This document shows positions 33,591 to 45,500 of a stretch of DNA of 64,000 bases, one piece after another; the stretch's first letter is position 1, and every line of letters begins with the position of its first letter. Where the stretch lies: assembly GCA_002633005.1 (NCBI GenBank), contig NMRA01000157.1, forward strand, positions 249,789-313,788, read 5' to 3'. A program made the position numbers and the translations under genes. This stretch comes from Phoronis australis (taxonomy: Eukaryota > Animalia > Phoronida). The notes under the pieces were generated by a model. The model was given only the letters and a program-made list of their open reading frames with translations. It ran no database searches and had not been told where the DNA came from.

Positions 33591-36500
33591 GTGGGTGGTA
33601 AGCTGCGTATAATGCAGCTGTAGAAGGACGTGTGACTGCATGTTTTTTCATGTAGTTAACAGTCTCCTAGTCATAGTGTAAAAATGGCCTGTTGTCGCCT
33701 TCTGAGTGTAACACAACTGTGTATAAACTGGCCAGTTGTGGTCAATGTTAGATATCATAAAACAGAAGCTGCAATAACTATTTGCAATAAAGTTAAACGT
33801 TTTAATAACAGCAGTTGAACCACGTTACTACAGTTAACGTGGTTTATAAGGTTTGCTCACGTATGAATGTTCTTATTTTAAGCCTACGGTACTGTGGTAC
33901 TGTAATATACTTACTTTAGTTTCATCAAATGTTTTAGAAAGGTCTCAAAAGGGTTCGTTGTAGCGCGCTTCGATTATATCTGAATACTAAAGCAGTGCTC
34001 GACGCTTAACTTGACGCCAATTCGCCAAATGTGAGTTGGCGAAAATCCCAGGTTGCCAAATGAAATTTGTGGTCGCCAAAACTGACGACGAAATCGTTGA
34101 CTAAAAATAAAAAAGGTCAGGCCACACTTTGTTCTCAGAAAATTACACAAACCTCATTTCTTTCTGCAAAAAATATGCGCATTCAATCTCTTACTCAATT
34201 CCTGCAGCCAACAAAGAACACTGACAATTGCATACACTGTAGGCGCGTTTCATCGTCCGATTTTTGCCGAATAATTCTGACTTCCTGTAATTTAAGCGAG
34301 TTTGATGTGTGGTGACTGCTGAGGGTGGCAAGTGCATTAATTTCATGAAATAAATGGAACAATTGTTAACCAAAGGTTTTAAATCTAGGAAAACTGTAAG
34401 AAAAATTACTTAAATTTTGAAAGTTACCATGAACTTTGAAAGGAATTTTGGGGGGATTATTGTCTGACTTCGATACTTGCTAGGTGGTGACTTCGTGGCG
34501 ACTCCGAATTTTTCCCAGGTCGTCGAACACAATCTGAAGTCACATTGGCGACCTGGAGGTCACCTAATCGGACAATGTAAAGGAATTGTGTGGATTTAGC
34601 GTGTTAAATTGCATATGTTTGAGTAGTTATTACAAAACAGAAAGAAGTTAGGTAAAACTAGTAATTGTAGCATATACTGAATACCGGTAGAACTATTACA
34701 GTAATTTCTTATTGAAAGTAATATATAGTCATTAAAATATAGTTGGCAAATTTTATTATTAGAGTGAGTTTTTAATACAGCTTGCTGTCTTAGACTAGTG
34801 GATTTTATTACTTGAAACTTATTTGCAGCCATGTATAGCTAAATAAATGTATTCCACGTTCTAACTTTTCAGATTGATGATGATTTCATAGCGAAATACC
34901 AGATGTCGTACGGCGTCGACTCGGAGACATCTAGCACAACACCTGGAGAGAGTGAAAATAAAAACACAACAACAAAGCAATATAAGGACAAAGACTATGA
35001 AGAATATTGTAAACAATATTACGACTATTACTATAGTCAAAATCAAGGTCAGAACAGTGGTCAACATTCTGTGGACTCTACTGACCCTAATTATGACTAT
35101 TACTCGTATTACGGCTATGACATGAGTGAGTATTACGGACCTCAAGACGAGGATGTTGCCTCAACAGAGGGCACTGCTGAGGCAGAAGATGAGAACACCG
35201 ATAACAAAGTGAAGAAGAAAGGAGAGAAGCGAAAAGAACCCCCAAGTGAGTTCATTTCAACAGTTGCATTGCAGTTGTTCAATATAAGCCACATCCTGAA
35301 ATTCTACAACGCCATTCAAATTCGGCGATAATTGCCCACAATGCCTTACATCCGGACTGCAGTTTCCGCACTATTATTCACTGGTGCCGTGTTAATGACT
35401 ATAATTTTAAATGAAAATTAGTTTGCTATTTTAGTGTCGACAATGAATTACTAGTTGCACTGTGAGTTACAGAGCTGTCATAAAAATTTTAGACAGGCTG
35501 AGTGGGGAACAATTTGTTGTTCATTTCTTCTAGAACTCCGTTCAAAGAGTGCTAACCTTTCGAAAACTCCGTCGATCGTATATTGTGGAGCGGCAACTGG
35601 GGAGGGTTTATTTTGCAATATGAATTGTGACTAGTGGCCTAATGGAAGTGGGAGCTGTAAAATTTGTATCATTATAAATTGGTTGTTGCATTAAACCTGT
35701 AACTGGATAACATCAGAACTCTATCTCTCTCTTTCTCTGTCTAGTTGGATTCGACTTGCTGCTAGTTTTCCACATTTGCCTTTTCCTCTAAGATTGCTAT
35801 GTGCTTATGGACTTATTCGTGGTGTTTTAGAAGTTAGTATACAATAGGTGGCGCTAATACATCTAGGCTGGCCTTATCATTATTTGATATATTGCTAAGT
35901 GAAAGATATTTTCCCCCTGCAGTGACATTCATGGGATAGGCGACTATATAAAAATGCCGTGTGGGATCATTGGTTCACTCAGCCACGTGGTGAACTTTGA
36001 CCTTCTGACTGAGTGTTGTTACTGGGTGATTCATGTTTCATTACACTGTTGTTCACTCAAGACTATCTTACACATACTTTTTCAGTGACTTTCAAACCCA
36101 ACAGGCATATTTTGGAGATGTTGTTGTCATTGAACTACAGTTGATCACCTTGAGTTGTTTGCCAATAGATATGAACACTTTCGTTCTGATATTACTGTTA
36201 TTCGAAACAGAATTAGATCACCTTATTTGTATTCCATGATTTCTCAACTGTCATTCACTACACGCATCTCCATGAATTCATGATTATGCTTGAAAATGAG
36301 GTGTTGTGTCCAAATTACAGTCGTAGTTCTGCCTGTTTGGAACACGCCCACTTTCACATTTGCATTGTTAAAATTAAATAAAATGCTAAAACGATACGTT
36401 GTGTCCTAAACAAAAATGCGCAGCAATCATTTTTGCAGCGCCATCAAGAGGTGCAAGTAGTGAATTATAACGGTTGTTGTCATCTGATTTGATGTGTTTT

Positions 36501-39500
36501 TGTTCATACTTCAGCCTGGTTTGAAGCAGAACCCGATCACCTGCCCAATGTTTACGTCAGTGGTTTGCCAACCGATATCACGGAGCAAGAGTTCATAGAT
36601 CTCATGAGTAAATGCGGCCTTATAATACACGATCACGAAAAGAGGAAGCCCAAGGTGAAACTGTATCGCACACCAGATGGCGCAATGAAGGGCGATGGGC
36701 TCTGTTGTTATATAAAGGTGAGCGTTTACTCACATTGTTACGATTTTGTAGATTTCTCCGATGCTTTCTACATTGTTCTTTCATGTGAATTATTATTTCA
36801 CCAATGATATCTATGCTTTAAACATGTCATCAATGACAGATATTGTTTAAAATGTTGTTATGGTTATGTCACACCTTACTGACAAGTCTACATGTATATT
36901 TAGCCAAGTATGTACAAACCTAGATTTTAACTCCCCAAAAGCAGATATTTTCTGATATCAGAAAACCTGTAGAATTTGACTTACGGTCCTTAATTCCAGC
37001 AAAATAATTTTTTCTTACTTTACAATTCTGGGCTTATCCATAAGGCATTTCAATTCAGTTTTAAACAACCTCCAAGAGTTTAAGATATTTATTCAGAAAG
37101 ATCTCTTTTACAGTAGAGTTTCGGTGTGCATTTGGTTTTCCCTGTCAGAACCCTGTGTTGTCATTTTAATTTCGTCTGTTGTTTTTTAGCCAGAATCTGT
37201 GGAGTTGGCTCTTCAGATTCTTCATGAGAGCGAGTTCAAGGGGCATACCATACACGTTGAGCGAGCTAAGTTTGAGCTGAAGGGGGCATTTGACCCCTCC
37301 AAGAGGAAAAAAAAGTTGTCTAACAAACAGAAACGGAAACTAAAAGAAAGACAAGAAAAGTAAGCTGGATTGTACTGCTCAAGATTGCGTTGCTGTTTTT
37401 CAGCTCCTGAACAAGGCTTTTTGTGACGGCGTTTTCTCACTGTGTGACTGTCTCTATTTGGCCTGATTAACCTCAGTTTTCACATCATTTAGAAAATATT
37501 TGTCAATGTCACATGTTGCTTGGCCTACAGGATAGTCAATGCTGATGTTTGCAAAAATTTTGCTTTGGTCATCGTATGTGGAACAAAATCAATATGTGCC
37601 ACAGATTTTTTTGTTGGTTGTCACCAGAACTTAACTACTTTGTTCTTAGTGTCCTTCCCCTTAGTCAATATACTCAGACATTGTTAAAAATGCCTGTTAA
37701 GTATACTACAAAGCTGAGCAAAGTTTTTTTTCAACAGGGTACACTCCGTTGTTTGGAGAATCTTCTGCTTTTGTAGTAAACATGTTTTGAATTACCATAT
37801 TGGGTGTCAGTGCCTCCAGTCTCATGGAAACTAGTTATTATACCACATTCATTTTTCAGATTATTCAGTTGGACTCCTGAAAAGAAGGAGTTTAGTCGAG
37901 GCAAGAATGAAAAGGTTGTGATACTGCAGCATGTGTTTGATCCTAAAGAGTTTGAGGTGAGTGCAATTTTTCGACACCAGTAGCATGCTCAATATGGCTG
38001 GCACTCGCGAGCTCCCCCCAGGCACTCACTTCTGAACAACTTTTAGCAAGCAAGCACCCACAAGTATAGACGATCACTCGCGATGACTCTTGATAGGTTG
38101 TTGGCTTAGAAAGCTAAGATGGCATTTGGTATGTCCTTTGAGTTTCGAGGCGATTTACAACGAGAATGATTCTGGGCAGTTGTCGTTAAAAATTAAAGAA
38201 GCATGCATGAAGAGACTGTCGGTCATAATTGAAGAAAAATTTGGCGCAGAAATAAGTATTAATTTAATTTGCGTAAGTAAATTTAATTTGCGCAAGCTTG
38301 CTTTATATTAGTTATGGGATCCTTTCTATGTCTTCTGAAGCGAGCGCATGCTGTCGTTCAATGTTAAGCTCTTACCTGCCCCCTTTGCAGGTTTCTCACA
38401 ACTAGAATGTCATTCATCCGCTATGGCTAACATACTTATTTTAAATGTATATGGAATTAAAATGATTGCACCTACTTGTTCTAAAATTTGTGTGACACTG
38501 AATTTTAAACTTAACAATATTATTGTAAATTGCATTTTGCTTTCATAACAAACGTCAAAGTTAGAATCTAATAAATACTCTTTGAAGTTCTAACATTAAA
38601 ACTTATCAAATGTTTATAAATAACAGCCAGCAGGACTTCCCTGCACGTGAGAACTGAATTTACTTTGAGACAAAACAGCTAGTCAGTCTCACGGCATGGT
38701 TTCTTGAGTTGGGGTTCGTCTCCATTTGAATGAACTAAGTCTTGTATATGGAATTCGCCCCGAAGATGGGTTCGTTTGAGGTGTTGTTTGCACGTTCTTC
38801 AGACTGGGAGTACGTACAGTTGCGTCACCCAATTTGTCAATCATAACCTTGTCACCTTCATGGAATTCCAGCATTGCTTGGTTGTTGGTATTAGTGTTTT
38901 ACAGACTGTAAAATGTAAGGCGAAATATCAAAAAATTAAAATATCAAAAAAATAATACGTGCTCGGTGTTATTAACAGTCATGTTGTAATGCATTCTGGT
39001 TCATTTGAGAAGTCTCGATAGCTTGCTGGACTAGGGAAGTGGCTATTTTCTGGTGTCCCTAAGGGTCTCCGAATAGCGGATTTGCAGCGCAGACGAACTA
39101 CGCATTGCGCATGTGCGAGTTACTTCCTTCGCGAAGGCTCATGGGATAGCTTGTGGTCAGGCATGTCTTGAGCAGGCTGGATAGTGTGTGCATTTGGAGT
39201 GATTTGCAAACTAAAAACCATGTTTCATTTTTTGCTTTATAATACCAAGCAAGTCCTCTCTCTCGTTTGTAAACACAGCGTAGCTATGATCAGTGACCGT
39301 GTGACCGAGAGCACGACTGTCGCCGTGTTCAGTATTGGGGTTATCGGCGTTGATTTCGAAATCTCCTCCTATTTCAGACAAGTTGAGAGTTCTTGGGTTG
39401 CTTAACNTTTGCTTTGGTCATCGTATGTGGAACAAAATTAATATGTGCCACAGATGTTTTTGTTGGTTGTCACCAGAACTTAACTACTTTGTTCTTAGTG

Positions 39501-42500
39501 TACTTCCCCTTAGTCAATATACTCAGACGTTAAAAATGCCTGTTAAGTATACTACAAAGCTGAGCAAAGTTTCTTTTCAACAGGGTACACTCCGTCGTTT
39601 GGAGAATCTTCTGCTTTTGTAGTAAACATGTTTTGAATTACCATAGTGGGTGTCAGTGCCTCCAGTCTCATGGAAACTAGTTATTATACCACATTCATTT
39701 TTCAGATTATTCAGTTGGACTCCTGAAAAGAAGGAGTTTAGTCGAGGCAAGAATGAAAAGGTTGTGATATTGCAGCATGTGTTTGATCCGAAAGAGTTTG
39801 AGGTGAGTGCAATTTTTCGACACCAGTAGCATGCTCAATATGGCAGGCACTCGCGAGCTCCCCCCAGGCACTCACTTCTGAACAACTTTTAGAAAGCAAG
39901 CACCCGCAAGTATAGACGATCACTCGCGATGACTCTTGATAGGTTGTTGGCTTAGAAAGCTAAGATGGCATTTGGTATGTCCTTAGAGTTTAGAGGCGAT
40001 TAACAACGAGAATGATTCTAGGCAGTTGTCGTTGGAAATTAAAGAAGCATGCATGAAGAGACTGTCGGTCGTAATTGAAAAAAAATTTGGCGCAGAAATA
40101 AGTATTAATTTAATTTGCGTAAGTAAATTTAATTTGCGCAAGCTTGCTTTATATTAGTTATGGGATCCTTTCTATGTCTTCTGAAGCGAGTGCATGCTGT
40201 CGTTCAATGTTAAGCTCTTACCTGCCCCCTTTGCAGGTTTCTCACAACTAGAATGTCATTCATCCGCTATGGCTAACATACTTATTTTAAATGTATATGA
40301 AATTAAAATGATTGCACCTACTTGTTCTAAAATTTGTGTGACACTGAATTTTAAACTTAACAATATTATTGTAAATTGCATTTTGCTTTCATAACAAACG
40401 TCAAAGTTAGAATCTAATAAATACTCTTTGAAGTTCTAACATTAAAACTTATCAAATGTTTATAAATAACAGCCAGCACGACTTCCCTGCACGTGAGAAC
40501 TGAATTTACTTTGAGACAAAACAGCTAGTCAGTCTCACGGCATGGTTTCTTGAGTTGGGGTTCGTCTCCATTTGAATGAACTAAGTCTTGTATATGGAAT
40601 TCGCCCCGAAGATGGGTTCGTTTGAGGTGTTGTTTGCACGTTCTTCAGACTGGGAGTACGTACAGTTGCGTCACCCAATTTGTCAATCATAACCTTGTCA
40701 CCTTCATGGAATTCCAGCATTGCTTGGTTGTTGGTATTAGTGTTTTACAGACTGTAAAATGTAAGGCGAAATATCAAAAAATTAAAATATCAAAAAAATA
40801 ATACGTGCTCGGTGTTATTAACAGTCATGTTGTAATGCATTCTGGTTCATTTGAGAAGTCTCGATAGCTTGCTGGACTAGGGAAGTGGCTATTTTCTGGT
40901 GTCCCTAAGGGTCCCCGAATTGTAAACAGTGGAAATCAATCCAGCACTGCAAAAGGGGTTACATAACAGGAAACAGAAAAGTATTACCAAGCCCCTGAAC
41001 ATGATCATTTGTCCACTTGGAACAGGTCTGGTGATTGACACAATGGTCAACAGGTCAGCTGGATAGTGGTTATGCATTTCATTCATAAACTGATCAGTCT
41101 GGGCCTGCTGGTCACTGTTAATCATTCCTCAACTGCCTGCTGTCATTGCTACTGACAGATGTCTATGGAATGCAGTCATGTGTTCATTTGCTTAATATGG
41201 CATGCAGAGGTATTCTTGTCTGGGGATACTTTTTGCATTGTAGTATCCACCGATTGGGATATCTTACCTGCCATTTATATATATAACAAATTGAAATTAA
41301 TTGGTAATATTACTCTCTTAAGAGTTTTATTTACATTCTGTCTTCATATTTTTCGGTTTTTCAATGTATTCTATTATTACGTTAGGCAATAGTTGGATAT
41401 ACCATGCCCGTATTTTGAGAAGCAGTTGGATGCCCGATATTCAGTGGAGAAAACTATATTTTAGGAAGTAAAAAAATCAGTGTGAAATAAAATATATGCT
41501 CAAATTTAGCATAACGGCCTACTCTTTATTACCTGCAATTTTCACCGTTTGAGATTTTAAGCTTATCTGGCCAGCATCCACTGCTGTATTTCCAAAACCT
41601 CCTCATTTTTTGTGTTGGTTGGGACGGCATTAGCGAATTTTCGATCCAAAAACTTCTGTGCCCCCTTGTGATAACTTTAGCGTTTTATATTTCCTTCTGT
41701 CTCTTCAGAATTCCTTGATGGATTTTCATGAAGTTTGGCAAATAAGTATCTATTAAGAAGACACCATCGCCTTACTTCATTTTTTGAGTGGATTTGACCT
41801 ATTTTGTGCGACCTAGTGGCCAGTTTTACTGTTTCTGATTTTTTACATCGGCCTCTCTATCGACTCATAATGAAAATTCATGGTTATGTGGTTCTACAGG
41901 TAAGAGCACAGGTGACAATGAATTTCGTATGAATCCAATTAATATGGTGGTCCCTAGTGGCAGTTTTGTTTTTTGCATCTGAGGTTTATGTGCTAAACCT
42001 TTTGCAGGAATTTTGTTAAATTTGACAAATCTATTTCTAAGGACATGACTAACGTTGGCGACGACTCTTGGACAGATCTGATTGCCGGTGTGCCCCTTAG
42101 TGTCAATTTTAGTTTCCACGTTTTCTTCTTTTCTGTATCTTCTTTTAGTTCCTTGATAGGTTTTCATGAAATTTGGGCAAATATGTTTTGTGTTAAAGGG
42201 GCCATGACATCTTTCTCTTTTCAAATGAATTTGATGTAACGTACACCACCTAGTAGCCATTTTTATTATTTACGATTTTTTTAAATGGTTTCGAAAACTC
42301 TAGCTCCCCCTAGTGGCATATCTTTTCATTCTTAGTGGTTTCTCCTAAACCCTTGCAGGACTATGGTTGTGCCCCTTGAAGAAATTTTTATTTTTACGTT
42401 TCCCTCTGTATCTTCATACCAGGGTTTTCCGTAGATAAGCCCCTGGGCGTGTATTCGGAAAGTGAAAATTTTCAGGCATTTTAGTAACACCAATAAACGC

Positions 42501-45500
42501 CCGGGCGTTTATTTGGAAAAGGGGTGTGTGTAAACGGAAAGTCATAATTTTGGCTACGTAAATACCAGCATGATGCCCGATGTGTATTTTTGTAAGTGAA
42601 ACAGCCCTTCTTAGTGGATTGGTAGTCCTTAAATGGACTGTTGATACCTGTTAACAATGTTAAGTGTGTAGCAGTGACTTATCAATTTTTGCAATATATT
42701 CCCAGCGCATGGGCGGCGCACCATAGGGGGCTGAGAGCCTATAGCCCATACTTTTTTCAATGCTAAACCACACATTGTCTGTAGTCGGTGCATCAGAGGA
42801 GGCTTTAGCCCCCCACTTTTTTCAGTGCTGCGCCGCCCATGCAGCGGGACAAGAAAATTAATGTGCGTGACACTTCTAGACCTTCTTGTGGCAAAGTTGA
42901 AAGCACCCAAGGACGCTTAGCAGGAAATCTTTGAACTTCGGCTTGAATACTTCCACCACGTATTGTGAAATATAACAAATTCAAGCGTGTGGAATTTCGG
43001 GGTCTAAAGGAGCTCAACACACGTTGCCACCAAGCTTATTTTGATGACTGTCTTCATGCGACTAGCTGTCCGGTTACGTCATAACCTGCAGTATCACACA
43101 AAGACATTGATAATTACATTTTATCCAGCGGTCACAGTCAGTCTGCAGCGGTCCTGTTTTGTGGTGGAGCGGTGATGTTTTTAAGTGCGTCTGTCCCATT
43201 TTTGGTGCAGCGGTCTCATTCGATTCCGTAGATCCTGTTTTGTGGTGAGTTGGTTTCGATTTGGAGGACCGGCGTCATGTTTGGGTCTGTCGGTCATGTG
43301 GTTTCTCACCCGTGTATCTGTATTGACTTGAACGAAACGGCGAGAAAGAATACACCCCCAAAAGGATATCGCAGCCCCCTCATCTTACGAGAAATTCCTG
43401 GAATTTGTATCTTCAGCCATGTGGAAAATCCCGCAAGACATCATTATCAAAGCATTCGAATGTTGTGACATTTAGCTGCTGATGGGCAAATGGTCTCTAC
43501 CGTATTATTTGACCCCGAATTCGCAGACACATGGGATACAACGCGGGTATCTAAGGGATGGACGGCAAGTTGGGAGATCCCTTCAGCGACTCGGAGGTGG
43601 AAAGACATTCGGAGGAGGAGTTGGATAAAAACATTGACATGGTCTGAATATAAGTAGATTAAGATGTTTTCTGGCTGATTTTTTATTTATAACTGTTTTT
43701 AAAAATTTTATAGTAATAAATGCATAGTTCGGCAATACTTCATTTGTTTTTATAATTGATAAATGCTCCACAAAACTGACTGTTACTAAAAGTTGACGCT
43801 AAGTGGGCTTTTAAAAGGAAATTTTCCAATTAAACGCACCACTATCTGGACACTTGACACGAGAAGTTGCAACACCAAATAAATGCCCATGGGAAACCCC
43901 GGTAATTCCTTGATGGATTTTCATGAAATTTTGGAGTAGGTTTCTATTAAAGAGTTGATAACACCTTTCCATTTTTTTTGAAAGATGTGACTTATTATAC
44001 ACCACCTAGTGGTGATTTTTATTAATTCGCTTAAGTCTCTGTCGGCCAAGCCACATTATGGATTTTTAGGAAAACGGCATATGCGTTTCTTATGGGAGTT
44101 GCATGACTGACGATGATATTGGGACAGGTCTGACTGTTGTGGCACCCGCAAGTGGAATTTTTGTATTTTTACCTTTGGCTCAATGTCTGTCACGTTCCTT
44201 GAACAGTGGATGGATCTTCTTGAAATTTGTACATTTTTCATCAAAGAAATTAAAACTGGCATGGATTTGGGGACAAACCCGACTACCGCTGAATCCCTTG
44301 GCAGCAATTTTGTCAAGTTCTGTGATGCATTTTTACTACATTTAGCAAATACTGGGTTACGTATTATCACTATATGACTGCACCTGCTTTGTTTCAAACA
44401 GATTTGACCTACATTGCGCCCCCTAGTGGTCTTCTCATTGTTTTTGTGTCTGTTCTTTGTGGTCCGTCTCCTTTATACAAACTNTGAATATAAGTAGATT
44501 AAGAGGTTTTGTGGCTGATTTTATATTTAAAATTGTTTTTAAAAATTTTATAGTAATAAATACATAGTTCAGCAATGTTTCATTCATTTTTATAATTGAT
44601 AAATGCTCCACAAAGTTTACTGTGACTAAAAGTTGACGCTAAGTGGGCTTTTAAAAGGAAATTTTCCGATTAAACGCACCACTATCTGGACACTTGACAC
44701 GAGAAGTTGCAACACCATGGGCGTTTCCGAATAAACGCACATGGGCGTTTCATCAAGTGGGCTTATCTACGGAAAACCCTGGTAATTCCTTGATGGATTT
44801 TCATGAAATTTTGGAGTAGGTTTCTATTAAAGAGTTGATAACACCTTTCCATTTTTTTGAAAGATGTGATTTATTATACACCACCTAGTGGTGATTTTTA
44901 TTAATTCGTTTAAGTCTCTGTCGGCCAAGCCACATTATGGATTTTTAGGAAAACGGCATATGCGTTTCTTATGGGAGTTGCATGACTGATGATGATATTG
45001 GGACAGGTCTGACTGTTGTGGCACCCGCAAGTGGAATTTTTGTATTTTTACCTTTGGCTCAATGTCTGTCACGTTCCTTGAACAGTGGATGGATCTTCTT
45101 GAAATTTGTACATTTTTCATCAAAGAAATTAAAACTGGCATGGATTTGGGGACAAACCCGACTACCGCTGAATCCCTTGGCAGCAATTTTGTCAAGTTCT
45201 GTGATGCACTTTTACTACATTTAGCAAATACTGGGTTAGTTATTATCACTATATGACTGCACCTGCTTTGTTTCAAACAGATTTGACCTACATTGCGCCC
45301 CCTAGTGGTCTTCTCATTGTTTTTGTGTCTGTTCTTTGTGGTCCGTCTCCATTATACAAACTGCATGAAGACTCATGATGAAAGTTGGCAGGTGTGTTCC
45401 TATTTAGGAGAGCATTACTGACTTGCTTTTCACCCCCTAGAGGCTATTTTGAGTTTATTGGACATGTTGCTCCACTTCAGTTAGTGGGAATGTTTAAAAT

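Larger units (their letters stand above)
37559..40920. repeat. Near-identical duplication 37559-39074 / 39408-40920 joined by a single N
   Basis: N at 39407; SNP-level differences. Confidence 0.85.

Noticed and set aside
45375-45425. C/D snoRNA-like ATGATGA...CTGA
   Set aside because: Too short, no convincing terminal stem, and inside a repeat element.
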